A stretch of DNA of 26,156 bases from a virus. Taxonomy: Duplodnaviria > Caudoviricetes. The stretch covers positions 1 through 26,156 of the IMG/VR virus record IMGVR_UViG_3300030330_000263. One strand, 5' to 3'. Below are positions 8,503 to 17,959 of this stretch, piece after piece. The stretch's first letter is position 1, and every line of letters begins with the position of its first letter. A program made the translations under genes and the position numbers. The notes beneath the pieces were generated by a model. The model was given only the letters and a program-made list of their open reading frames with translations. It searched no databases and had not been told where the DNA came from.

Positions 8503-9135
8503 ATGTTAGGCTTTTCGGCATTAGGAAAAACAGCACTAGGCGCACCCTCTCCTAACGAAGCTTATTCTCTGCAAGTAACTACTGGCACATTTACCCTTTC
8601 AATGCAGGGTGCAGCTAAATTAATTACTGATATATATCCGTCAGGTACGTTTGCATTAAATGGTCGGGCTGTTGGTTTAAGTGCTGGTCGCCCATCTAAT
8701 TTCAGCGCAGGGTCGTTTACCCTCACTGGTCAGGATATTACTTTAGACCAAAACTTTGGTCTAATTATAGATAGCGTTTATAACAGTGCAACATTTGCTT
8801 TAACTGGTCAAAATGTTGTTTTTGACACTGGTTTTGGAGCAGTAATTAATAACGGGTCGTTTTCGCTTAGCGGTCAAAGTATTAATTTTAAAATAGACAT
8901 GAATATAGCGGCTGACAGAGGAGCTTTTACTTTAACAGGTCAGGACGCTCTTAAAGGTGTTGCAGAGGCTTTTGCTGTTGGAACTTTTGCTTATACTGGT
9001 CAAGATGCAACACTTTTCGTGGGTAGATTTTTAAGACCAGTAAGCGGTGAATACAATTATACATTTCAAAATTTTACAACAAGAGGCTGGTTTAGCCCAA
9101 CAGTACCACCAGCAATATGGACGGATGCAGCTTAA
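8503..9135 (+). CDS. Tail-associated beta-repeat protein
   Basis: MLGFSALG..ALG N-terminus and about eight G[ST]F.L[TS]GQ repeats spaced 20-25 aa apart. AAGGAG RBS. Confidence 0.75.
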   Translation: MLGFSALGKTALGAPSPNEAYSLQVTTGTFTLSMQGAAKLITDIYPSGTFALNGRAVGLSAGRPSNFSAGSFTLTGQDITLDQNFGLIIDSVYNSATFALTGQNVVFDTGFGAVINNGSFSLSGQSINFKIDMNIAADRGAFTLTGQDALKGVAEAFAVGTFAYTGQDATLFVGRFLRPVSGEYNYTFQNFTTRGWFSPTVPPAIWTDAA

Positions 9136-9146
9136 CGTGCTACTTT
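9118..9146 (+). promoter_or_regulatory. Putative sigma70-type promoter
   Basis: TGGACG (9118-9123), 17 nt spacer, TACTTT (9141-9146) with an extended TG. Shares TAAYGTGCTA with the element at 835-844. Confidence 0.4.
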
Positions 9147-9166
9147 CGCGTAAATAGGAGAAAAAT

Positions 9167-9610
9167 ATGGCTATTACGATTACCAAACCAACAATAGGCG
9201 GTAGTGAAGGAACTTGGGGCGCAACTATCAATACGGCTCTTGATACTATAGTAGATGCAGCTAATGGAACGTCAGGAACGATAGCGCCAGATTTAACAAC
9301 ATTAACTATTAATGGCACTGATGTTACCTCAACGGCGACAGAGTTAAATATATTAGATGGAGTGACATCTACTTCTGCTGAATTAAATTTATTAGACGGG
9401 TCAACAGCTAACACAGTAGTTAACAGCAAGGCTGTTGTTTACGGTTCGGCAGGAGAGGTTCAAGCGACAACTGTTGATTTAGGCGACTGGACAATAACCC
9501 AATCTGGTTCTGATCTAAAATTTGCATATCAAGGGACTGATAGATTTAAATTAAGCTCTTCAGGGGCTTTAACTGTAGAAAATGATGTAACAGCGTTTGG
9601 CAGTGCATAA
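9167..9610 (+). CDS. Short tail fibre protein
   Basis: KPTIGGSEGTWG.TIN.ALD N-terminal anchor, two VTST.AELN.LDG repeats and a fibre-tip-like C-terminus SGALTVENDVTAF. Confidence 0.75.
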   Translation: MAITITKPTIGGSEGTWGATINTALDTIVDAANGTSGTIAPDLTTLTINGTDVTSTATELNILDGVTSTSAELNLLDGSTANTVVNSKAVVYGSAGEVQATTVDLGDWTITQSGSDLKFAYQGTDRFKLSSSGALTVENDVTAFGSA

Positions 9611-10686
9611 TGGCTTTAGCAACTTCAGGACCGTTAAGTTTAAATGATATTCATGTAGAAGCTGGCGGTTCTACTGGAACTATATGTTCTTTTCAGGATA
9701 CTGATATAAGAGGCTTAACTCCTGCCGATGGAAAAACTATTAATAGTACGTTAGGAACGCCGATAGATATTAGTGATTTTTACGGCGCTTCTAGCTCTGT
9801 TGATTTAACCTCTGGTGGAACAGTAAACGGCCAAGCTCAAAGACAAGAAATAACTGCATCTGATTACATTTCTTCAGGTGGTACGCTTGTAATACCTTCT
9901 AATATGTGGGTGTGGTCGGATAGCACATCAACGGCTGCTTTAACTATAGACATACCATGCACTATTCAAAATAATGGTAAAATTATCGGTAAAGGTGGCG
10001 CAGGTGGTTACGGAGCCAGCGCAGGTGGTGGCTATAACTCAAATAGCGGTAATGGTGGAGATGGCGGTCCAGCCATCAAAATTAATTCAAGTGTAAGCGG
10101 TGTAACCATTACCAACGCATCTGGCGCATTTATAGCTGGTGGCGGCGGTGGTGGAGGATCATCTAACATTGAGCCTTCAAATACCTATTCAGGCGGTGGC
10201 GGCGGTGCTGGTGGTGGTGCTGGTGGTGCTGGCGGCGGTGTTTCTTTTAATGCAGGTGGCGCAGGTGGCGCAATAAACGCAAAAGGATCAAATGCTGTCA
10301 GTGGAGGTACTACAGGCGGTGAAGGTGGCGACGCAGGTGGTTCAGGTATTATTGATGGCGTGGAAGATCAACAATCTATGGGGGGTGGCGGCGGTGGCCG
10401 AATTTTGGCTGGTTCGGCTGCAACAGGTTCAGGTGTAAGTCAGAACCCTCAATTTTACCCTGATGGCGGTGGCGCTGGAAATGCAGGGGAAGATGGATTT
10501 AGTAACACCGATTACTTCGGCGCATCAGGCGGTGGCGGCGGCTGGGGAGCGGCAGGGGGTGACGGGTATCGCGCTGTGCTTGGGCTTGGAGGCTCAAATG
10601 GTGGTGCAGGTGGTAAGGCTATTGAAGATAGCGGAAATTCATACACTTTAAGTAATAGCGGAACTATTTACGGAGCAACAACGTAA
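9610..10686 (+). CDS. Glycine-rich receptor-binding adhesin, T-even gp38-like
   Basis: SGPLSLNDI N-domain, IQNNGKIIGKGGAGG, GGDGGPAI, IAGGGGGGG, GGGGGWGAAGG, and the C-terminal GGAGGKAI..SGTIYG. This is the polyglycine-II sandwich pattern. Confidence 0.85.
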   Translation: MALATSGPLSLNDIHVEAGGSTGTICSFQDTDIRGLTPADGKTINSTLGTPIDISDFYGASSSVDLTSGGTVNGQAQRQEITASDYISSGGTLVIPSNMWVWSDSTSTAALTIDIPCTIQNNGKIIGKGGAGGYGASAGGGYNSNSGNGGDGGPAIKINSSVSGVTITNASGAFIAGGGGGGGSSNIEPSNTYSGGGGGAGGGAGGAGGGVSFNAGGAGGAINAKGSNAVSGGTTGGEGGDAGGSGIIDGVEDQQSMGGGGGGRILAGSAATGSGVSQNPQFYPDGGGAGNAGEDGFSNTDYFGASGGGGGWGAAGGDGYRAVLGLGGSNGGAGGKAIEDSGNSYTLSNSGTIYGATT

Positions 10687-12548
10687 TGCCATTAGTACCA
10701 TTAAATTTAAAAGCAGGTTTTTACAGAAACGGTACAGAACTTGACGCTTCAAACAGATGGCGCGATGGTAGTTTAGTTAGATGGCGTGATGGTTCATTAC
10801 GGCCTATTGGTGGGTGGCAAAATTTTAAAAAAGGGTTTTGTGCTAATCCAGTTAGAGGCGCACATGCTTGGGAAAGCAATAATGGAGATGCATATTTTGC
10901 AGGTGGTAGTCATAACGAATTAACTGCAATGCTTGGCTCAGGAACGGTTTATGATATTACACCAACCTCAATGACTACTGGAAGGGAAGACGCTGGTCTT
11001 AACTTAGGTTTTGGCGGTGGGTTTTATGGTACTGGATATTTTGGCACACAAAGACCTGCTACTGGAACATACTCAGAGGCTACATCTTGGTCACTTGATA
11101 ACTTTGGTCAATACTTAGTTGGTGTACATTACGACACTGGTACACTAGTTGAATGGCAACTTGGTTCTAGTGCTGTAGCTGTGCCAGTAGCAAATGCGCC
11201 AACTAATAATCTTGGATTAGTCGTGACTGAAGAGCGTTTTGTTTTTCTTTTAGGGGCTGGTGGAAATCCCCGTAGAGTGGCTTTTTCAGATAAAGAAAAT
11301 AACACAATTTGGACACCAGCGGCAACGAATGAAGCTGGAGACATCGATCTGCAAACAAGTGGTCAGATTATGCAGGGTATTAAAACAAGAGGACAGACAC
11401 TGATAATAACTGACACTGACGCATTCTCAGCAAAATACATTGGCCCACCATACGTTTATGGTTTTGATCGTGTTGGTACTTCGTGCGGTGCAGTTTCTAG
11501 AATGAGTGCAGTAGACACAGATGTCGGTGCTTTTTGGATGGGTCAAAATGGATTTTTTACTTTTGATGGTAATAGTGTTCGTGAGCTTCCATGTGAGGTT
11601 CACGATTATGTTTTTGACGATATAAACGTAAACCAACAATCTAAAATATGGGGATTTAGTAATACAGAATTTAGTGAGGTCTGGTGGTTTTATCCGTCTG
11701 CAAATAGCTTGGAAATAGACAGATATGTTGCAGTCGATTTATTAGAAAATCACTGGCTTATTGGCAATTTGTCTAGGACATCTGGTGTTTCTAGGGGTGT
11801 TTTTAGAACACCGATAATGTGTGGTGAAAATTCTGAAAGCATAACTTATACTGTAACAGTCGTAGGTGGCAACCCTGCTAATCACCCCCAATATAACGTA
11901 GGTTCATCTAACAAGTATGCAATAAATGGCTCTACAGCTACAGATGACGTTGCTCTCACTTTTATCAAAGGCAATATATACCGATTTGACCAGAGTGATG
12001 CTAGCAATCTTAATCACCCCTTTAATTTTTCCACAACGGCAAATGGCACGCATAACGGTGGTTCTGTATATAACACAAATGTCGTTTCTGTTGGTTCGGC
12101 TGGTTCGGCTGGTTCGTATGTGGAAATAACAGTTACAGATAGTACACCGTCTAACTTGTTTTATTATTGTTCAAACCATAATGCAATGGGATGGAATATT
12201 TCTGTTATAGAACCAGTAAAAGTTTTTAACCATGAACAAGGTCTAAATTATGATAGTGGCGCAATTTTTTGTGAAACTGGGCCTATATCGATTGGTAATG
12301 GAGATCAGGTGGCAAAAGTAACTGAAGTCATACCCGATGAACTTACTCAGGGTGATGTGGATCTTAAATTTAAAACAAGATTTTACCCAAACGCAACTGA
12401 AACAACGCATGGCCCATTTAATCCAAGCAATCCAACGTCACTGCGATTTACTGGTCGACAATTGCGAATGAGGGTTGAAGGGGATCAAGCTGCAAAATGG
12501 CGTGTAGGAACAATGCGACTTGAAACAAAAGCTGGGGGGCGAAGATAA
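10686..12548 (+). CDS. Tail nozzle / head-stabilisation protein (P22 gp10-like) with inserted cupredoxin-like domain
   Basis: Motifs RWRDGSLVRWRDG..RPIGGW, WSLDNFG, FWMGQNGFFTFDG, FSEVWWFYPS, RFTGRQLRMRVEG..WRVG.MRL. Insertion at about 11841-12213. Confidence 0.8.
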   Translation: MPLVPLNLKAGFYRNGTELDASNRWRDGSLVRWRDGSLRPIGGWQNFKKGFCANPVRGAHAWESNNGDAYFAGGSHNELTAMLGSGTVYDITPTSMTTGREDAGLNLGFGGGFYGTGYFGTQRPATGTYSEATSWSLDNFGQYLVGVHYDTGTLVEWQLGSSAVAVPVANAPTNNLGLVVTEERFVFLLGAGGNPRRVAFSDKENNTIWTPAATNEAGDIDLQTSGQIMQGIKTRGQTLIITDTDAFSAKYIGPPYVYGFDRVGTSCGAVSRMSAVDTDVGAFWMGQNGFFTFDGNSVRELPCEVHDYVFDDINVNQQSKIWGFSNTEFSEVWWFYPSANSLEIDRYVAVDLLENHWLIGNLSRTSGVSRGVFRTPIMCGENSESITYTVTVVGGNPANHPQYNVGSSNKYAINGSTATDDVALTFIKGNIYRFDQSDASNLNHPFNFSTTANGTHNGGSVYNTNVVSVGSAGSAGSYVEITVTDSTPSNLFYYCSNHNAMGWNISVIEPVKVFNHEQGLNYDSGAIFCETGPISIGNGDQVAKVTEVIPDELTQGDVDLKFKTRFYPNATETTHGPFNPSNPTSLRFTGRQLRMRVEGDQAAKWRVGTMRLETKAGGRR

Positions 12549-12895
12549 TGCCAGTTACACCACCAGTTATAGGCATAGACATACGGCAATGGGGCAGAGA
12601 GCTTAATTTGTTTCTAAGTAGAAATTTAGGTAAGTTGTTTTTTAAACAGTCCGATGATGTTCCAGCCGACAACGGTATTTTTCTGTGGGATGAAGAAAGA
12701 AACTATCCAGTAGTTTCTGCGCAAAATGAATTTAAACAGGTGGCTATGAAGCAAACCACCCCTAGCTCAAGTGTTGGTGCGGCTGGCGACGGGGCTGGCA
12801 TGATAGCTTGGGATGCTAATTATATTTACATTTGCACCGCTGCATATGATGGTTCAACAGCAATTTGGAAGAGGGTAGCACTGTCTACATACTAG
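12548..12895 (+). CDS. Small tail protein (needle/fibre-like)
   Basis: C-terminal TPSSS..G..G.IAWDANYIYICTA...WKRVAL fibre motif. Lies directly after the nozzle gene. Confidence 0.65.
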   Translation: MPVTPPVIGIDIRQWGRELNLFLSRNLGKLFFKQSDDVPADNGIFLWDEERNYPVVSAQNEFKQVAMKQTTPSSSVGAAGDGAGMIAWDANYIYICTAAYDGSTAIWKRVALSTY

Positions 12896-13282
12896 ATGCC
12901 TAAAGATACAATATTATCAGATGATTTGCAAAAATGCCGCCCTTGGATAGAGGCGGCTTTAGAGTATACAGGCGGCACACATGCGTGGGAAGATGTGGTT
13001 AACAGCATTGGTACGGGTCAAATGCAGCTATGGGCGGCTGACAGGGGGTGTATTGTTACCGAAATTGTGATATATCCTAGAAAGAAGGTACTAAATATTT
13101 TTTTAGCTGGCGGTGATTTAGACCAAATATTAGATATGGATAACGATGTAAAAAGATGGGCAGAACATCACGGATGTACGGCGGCTACAATGATGGGGCG
13201 CATGGGATGGAAAAAACCGTTAGCAGCATTGGACTGGAAGCTGCAACACGGATGTTTTTTAAAGGAGTTTAACGATGGCTAA
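12896..13282 (+). CDS. GNAT-like virion assembly protein (T7 gp13 / P22 gp14 position)
   Basis: VTEIVIYPRKKVLNIFLAGGDL..WA...GC.......GR.GW pattern, located between tail and ejection genes. Confidence 0.65.
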   Translation: MPKDTILSDDLQKCRPWIEAALEYTGGTHAWEDVVNSIGTGQMQLWAADRGCIVTEIVIYPRKKVLNIFLAGGDLDQILDMDNDVKRWAEHHGCTAATMMGRMGWKKPLAALDWKLQHGCFLKEFNDG

Positions 13283-13712
13283 AGGTGGCAGAGAAAGTAC
13301 AGATCAAACATTGCCAAAATTTTTTGAAACCGCTCTTCAACAGGGAGTGGGCATGGGCACAGATTTGGCAGCTATGCCTTATGCAGAATATCGAGGCCCA
13401 GACGTTGCTGCATTTACACCAATGCAAGACGCAGCATTTCAAAACACACAAGACGCAGCAATGGCTTTTGGCTTAAACTCAGGGGCAGGATCTTATATGC
13501 CCACACCCGTCCAAGATGGCGGCGCTATAGGTTATTCTTCAGCGCCACTATTTGATGCGGCTAGAGAAAACTTAGCAGAATTTTCCCCAGCAACGGCTGA
13601 ATTTATACCGAGCTTTGGAATAGATCCAGTTACTGGCGTAATGGGTAGTAGAGCCCCAGAAAGTCAGCCAGTAGCATTAGAAATGCAATCAAGAGGAAGA
13701 AGGGGTAAGTAA
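13275..13712 (+). CDS. Small ejection (DNA pilot) protein
   Basis: MAKGG N-terminus and Y.GPDVAAFTPMQ.AA motif. AAGGAG RBS. Confidence 0.6.
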   Translation: MAKGGRESTDQTLPKFFETALQQGVGMGTDLAAMPYAEYRGPDVAAFTPMQDAAFQNTQDAAMAFGLNSGAGSYMPTPVQDGGAIGYSSAPLFDAARENLAEFSPATAEFIPSFGIDPVTGVMGSRAPESQPVALEMQSRGRRGK

Positions 13713-13713
13713 T

Positions 13714-14346
13714 ATGGCTGGCGGCGCAAATCCTGCAATGGTTCAACCAGTAATGAACCCATATCAACGAGCATCGAGCGCAAATATGCAAGCGTTCAAT
13801 ACGTACTCAAATCCAGCGGCGGCGGCTGCAAACATGATGAACCCATATCAACAACAGGTGGTTGATGCTACAATTCGTGATGTAGGAAGTGCAGCACAAA
13901 TGGGCTTAAACCAAATAGGAGCCCAAGCACAATCTGCTGGAGCTTACGGTGGTTCTAGGCAAGGTATAGCAGAGGCTGAAGCTCTTAAGGGATTTAATCA
14001 GCAAGCTTTAGATCAGGTATCTAGATTAAATCAGCAAGGTTATCAGCAATCAATTAACAATGCCTTCAACGCAGCACAAGGATTGCAAAATGTTGGAAAT
14101 CAAGCTTTTGGAATGGGCAATACTTTAGTTGACAGGCAAATGCAGCAAGGGCAAATGCAACAAGCAGCTATGCAGAACTTGATTAACGCTGGCAAGCAGC
14201 AATTCGCAGGATTTACTGGGCAACCTCAACAAAATCTAAATGCTCTGTTATCGACAATCTCAGCGCAACCTAATTTAACTGGCGAAACTAAGAGCTTCCA
14301 GCCTGGATTGTTTAACTATCTACAGTTTGCGGCTGGTCTAGCCTAA
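13714..14346 (+). CDS. Ejection protein, Gln/Ala/Gly-rich helical
   Basis: NPYQQQVVD and AGAYGGSRQGIAEAE motifs typical of podovirus pilot proteins. Confidence 0.65.
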   Translation: MAGGANPAMVQPVMNPYQRASSANMQAFNTYSNPAAAAANMMNPYQQQVVDATIRDVGSAAQMGLNQIGAQAQSAGAYGGSRQGIAEAEALKGFNQQALDQVSRLNQQGYQQSINNAFNAAQGLQNVGNQAFGMGNTLVDRQMQQGQMQQAAMQNLINAGKQQFAGFTGQPQQNLNALLSTISAQPNLTGETKSFQPGLFNYLQFAAGLA

Positions 14347-14347
14347 G

Positions 14348-15844
14348 ATGCACACTCGCGCACACATAATGCAGATGGCTCGTGAGGTGGCGCGACGAGA
14401 AGGTATTGATCCAAACCTATTTATCTCTCTCATTCAACAAGAGAGCAATTTTGATCCAATGGCAGTGAGCTCAAAAGGAGCTATTGGATTAACTCAATTA
14501 ATGCCGAGTACAGCAAAAGAGCTTGGTGTTGATCCAAACAATATGATGCAAAATTTAACAGGTGGGGCTAGATATTTAAAACAACAGTTGGGAGCGTTTC
14601 CAAGTTTAGATTTAGCTTTAGCTGCATACAATGCAGGACCGAGTAGAGTTAGAGAGCTTGGAGCAGTACCTGACATACCAGAAACGCAAAATTTTGTGAG
14701 AAGTGTTTTATCACGTGTGCCAGATGCAAACACAGTGATGCCCTTGAATGCAACAAGTTTACTATCTCAAGACCAACCTGACGGGAATAAGCCAATGCGA
14801 CAAAACTATAATTTTTTAGATTATCTTATGGGCAACGCACGTCCCCAGCCAAACAATACAACTCCAAGAATGTCCCCGTTACGAAGGGCTGGAATAGCGG
14901 CTGATGCTTTAGTTTTGCGTGGCTACGGAACGGGTCAACAGCTTCGTGAGCAAGGAATGGAACAGTTAGCACTAGCTGAACGGCAAAACCAGAGAGAAAG
15001 CACCATACAAATGTTTAGGCAACGTGCAGCGGCTGGCGATCAAGTTGCAGCGCAATTACTGCAAGCTTTAGAAGCTAATACTATAGATGTAGCTTCGGCA
15101 TCCAAGTTTTACTTTAATCAAATGTTCAAAAAACCAGATGATGGCACGTCATTAATGCAAAACTACAATTTTGCTAAGACACAACTTGGAATGGGTGAGG
15201 AAGAAGCAATTGCGTTTGCTAAGTCTGGTACTGGTGGAAACATAAATATGACCACAGTTGCAGAAGCAGATCAAAAATATAATGAAAAGTTTTTTGAAGG
15301 TTTGGCAAAAAGTCATGGCGCTATTCGGGAAGCAAGTACCCAACAATTGGCGTTGGGGTCTGATTTAGCTGCGTTGAAGCAGCTTTATATGGTAGCTCCA
15401 AGTGGTCCAATCAGAGGACGATTGGCTGAAATATTCCCAGAAGCAAATGACGCATCAGCGGCTATTATGTCTATAAGAAACAGACTAGCTCCTAACTTCA
15501 GAGCTACAGGATCTGGTGCTACATCAGACATGGAATTTAACGCTTACATGAACAGTATGGGTAATTTGAAAAACAGCCCAGAAGCAAACGCATTAGTATT
15601 AGACATGATGATTATCAAGTCAGAAATGGCTCAAAGAAAACTGGCTGTGTTAAATAGTTTTGATCCAAATACAGAGGGCGGTGCATTGCAAATCCAAAGA
15701 GAACTTGATGCGATAGAGCAAGAAATGTGGTTGAGCAATCCAATCAGACAACGGGTAGAAGCATTTATTGCTAATGCACCAGCTTTGGGATCTGAGGATA
15801 CAGAACAAATTGAGTTAAATGGAATTACCTTTACTTTTGGATAG
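14348..15844 (+). CDS. Ejection protein with N-terminal lytic transglycosylase (SLT) domain
   Basis: IQQESNFDPMAVSSKGAIGLTQLMP, GGARYL, ALAAYNAGP, ETQNFV. Helical C-terminal part. Confidence 0.9.
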   Translation: MHTRAHIMQMAREVARREGIDPNLFISLIQQESNFDPMAVSSKGAIGLTQLMPSTAKELGVDPNNMMQNLTGGARYLKQQLGAFPSLDLALAAYNAGPSRVRELGAVPDIPETQNFVRSVLSRVPDANTVMPLNATSLLSQDQPDGNKPMRQNYNFLDYLMGNARPQPNNTTPRMSPLRRAGIAADALVLRGYGTGQQLREQGMEQLALAERQNQRESTIQMFRQRAAAGDQVAAQLLQALEANTIDVASASKFYFNQMFKKPDDGTSLMQNYNFAKTQLGMGEEEAIAFAKSGTGGNINMTTVAEADQKYNEKFFEGLAKSHGAIREASTQQLALGSDLAALKQLYMVAPSGPIRGRLAEIFPEANDASAAIMSIRNRLAPNFRATGSGATSDMEFNAYMNSMGNLKNSPEANALVLDMMIIKSEMAQRKLAVLNSFDPNTEGGALQIQRELDAIEQEMWLSNPIRQRVEAFIANAPALGSEDTEQIELNGITFTFG

Positions 15845-15853
15845 GGCAGTAAC

Positions 15854-17950
15854 ATGAGCGAAAATATCAGAATAGACGGAACGACGATCCATATCGAAGG
15901 GCTACCGCCTATACAGATAACTGATAATCTCGAAGCTTGGAACGCAATGTCGAACCAAGAAAAGGCTAGTTATGTTTCTCAGCTTGTTCAAATGCTAAAG
16001 CCAACACAAAAAGCAAGGGCCGCTGCCCAAGGTGCTACGTTCGGTTTTAGTGACGAAATGATTGCCGCTGCAACAAATCCATTGTCGGCTTTATCGGCTG
16101 CAATGGGTGGAGAGGGCGAAGAATACTACGATAGGTTAGCAAGCGAACGGCAAAAGCTAGAGCAATACAGGCAGCAATATCCAACACAAAGTTTACTATT
16201 TGAAGGTGGTGGTGCGGTTGCCTCTGGTTTAGCAACACTTCCATTTACAGGCGGTGGTAGTACAGCCGCGACAGGTACTCAACTCGCTAGGCTTGGTAGG
16301 GCTATCAAGCACGGTGCAAAAGTAGGCGCAGTTGAGGGCGGTGTGTATGGGTTTGGGCAAGCAGAGGGCGGTCTTGGTGACCGTCTTAGGGGTTCTGCTA
16401 TTGGAACCGCATTCGGAGCTACATTTGGAGTTGCCGCTGAACCAGCAATGGCTCTTGCAGGAATGACATCTAGAAATGTTACGAAACTAGCTAAAAAAAT
16501 GTTTGGTAACAAAGGGGGCGAGGCTGTTGAAGCTACAATCCAACAATTGGCTGAAGCTACTGGATTGTCGAACGATGCTATTGTCAAAGGTGTAGCCGAT
16601 GGAAGTATCATGGCTGAAAATGAAACCCTTATGATGACAGTAAGAGCACTGATGTCTAAAGGTGGTCCAGCGGAAGCAGCGGTACGAGAAGTATTTGACG
16701 AAACGCCAGAAAGTCTACGGTCTGGTGTGGTTAAGAGGCCACAACAAAAACGAAACGAAATGAAAGAAGCCGTAGAAAGCAAGTTAGCTCGTAACAATGA
16801 ACTAACTGAAAAAAATCCACTCGTAGTTGAGGCCGATTTTGACAAAGCTGTTAAAAAGGCAGAGCAAGATGATTACGCAAAAATTGAGGGCTATAAAACT
16901 ACAGTAGTACCTCTTGAAATTAACCGTCCTATTATAGAGGCGATATACGATTTCCCTGATATAGCTACTGAATTAGAAAAAGTTATTCTATCAAGATCCA
17001 GAGGTGAGCCGTTTATACAAAAGACAAAAGGCGCTGACGGTAGGACTGTAGTTTCTCTGAAAAGAAGTTTGACGCTACAAGAAGCTGAAGAAGCACGTAG
17101 ATGGTTTAGAGATACAGGCAGAAGTTTTAATACAGGGGATGCTAGAAAAACCAGATACAATGAATATAGGCAGCAATTAGAGGCTCCATTATTTAATTTT
17201 TCAGATGAACTACGAGAAGCCAATACAAAAGCAGCCAAAACGAGACAGGCTCAAAGATTATTTAAAGAAGGTCAGAACGCCTTTAACAAAAGCTCTGATG
17301 AAATAGAAGTTTTATTGCGAGAGCACATGGGTGATGATCAGATGATGAAATCATTTCGCGCTGGTGCATTAGCCCAATTTAGAAAGAAAATGGAAGCAAG
17401 GGGCGCTGGTAGTTTTGCCAAATCTATAGCTAATCCACAGACGAAAGAAGCAAAAATTATGGAGCTTATTTTTAGCAAAGATGAGCTAGATGAATTGTTT
17501 CCCAAGATTTCCCAAGCTGCCCAAACCCAAGAAGCGGCAGGAAGAATTATTGCTGGCCCGACTACGGCTCTGACTGAGGCGGCTGGTGAAAATTTAGGTA
17601 AACAAGTAAACGCAGGAGATGTTGCTGGTGTGCTATCTACACCGTTTAATCCCATACAAGGCGCAGCTTCCGCTGTGAATATTGGGACAAAACTAGCATC
17701 ACAACTCAGACCAGATTTATCCCCTCAACAAAGACTAAGGGTAGTGGAAATTTTACTTTCTGAAAATCCTGATGTTGTTCAAAATGCTTTAGTTGATGAG
17801 GCTGGCATAAAAAGGTTCCAGCAAGCACTTGATGCTATTTTATTTAGCGGTGTAGCTGGCGCTAGAAGAGTGCCGACACAAATGTTTACAACAGATGATG
17901 TGACTAGCGGCGTTGCGACGCGAGGTCGAGGATTATTGGCTGGTCCATAG
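15854..17950 (+). CDS. Large ejection / internal core protein
   Basis: AAQGATFGFSDE motif and Gly/Ala-rich amphipathic stretches (GAVEGGVYGFG) followed by a long helical region. Confidence 0.7.
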   Translation: MSENIRIDGTTIHIEGLPPIQITDNLEAWNAMSNQEKASYVSQLVQMLKPTQKARAAAQGATFGFSDEMIAAATNPLSALSAAMGGEGEEYYDRLASERQKLEQYRQQYPTQSLLFEGGGAVASGLATLPFTGGGSTAATGTQLARLGRAIKHGAKVGAVEGGVYGFGQAEGGLGDRLRGSAIGTAFGATFGVAAEPAMALAGMTSRNVTKLAKKMFGNKGGEAVEATIQQLAEATGLSNDAIVKGVADGSIMAENETLMMTVRALMSKGGPAEAAVREVFDETPESLRSGVVKRPQQKRNEMKEAVESKLARNNELTEKNPLVVEADFDKAVKKAEQDDYAKIEGYKTTVVPLEINRPIIEAIYDFPDIATELEKVILSRSRGEPFIQKTKGADGRTVVSLKRSLTLQEAEEARRWFRDTGRSFNTGDARKTRYNEYRQQLEAPLFNFSDELREANTKAAKTRQAQRLFKEGQNAFNKSSDEIEVLLREHMGDDQMMKSFRAGALAQFRKKMEARGAGSFAKSIANPQTKEAKIMELIFSKDELDELFPKISQAAQTQEAAGRIIAGPTTALTEAAGENLGKQVNAGDVAGVLSTPFNPIQGAASAVNIGTKLASQLRPDLSPQQRLRVVEILLSENPDVVQNALVDEAGIKRFQQALDAILFSGVAGARRVPTQMFTTDDVTSGVATRGRGLLAGP

Positions 17951-17959
17951 GAGAAATAA

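Noticed and set aside
9990-10620. Collagen-like repeat or GGC microsatellite
   Set aside because: No sustained Gly-X-Y periodicity. The pattern is explained by gp38-type polyglycine motifs.
4853-15856. Amber recoding/read-through suggested by in-frame TAG junctions (4855/4856, 5905-5918, 12895/12896, 15844-15854)
   Set aside because: Downstream genes begin with their own ATG and mostly have family-typical N-termini. Conserved genes (portal, MCP, terL) are not broken by internal TAG, so the standard code fits.
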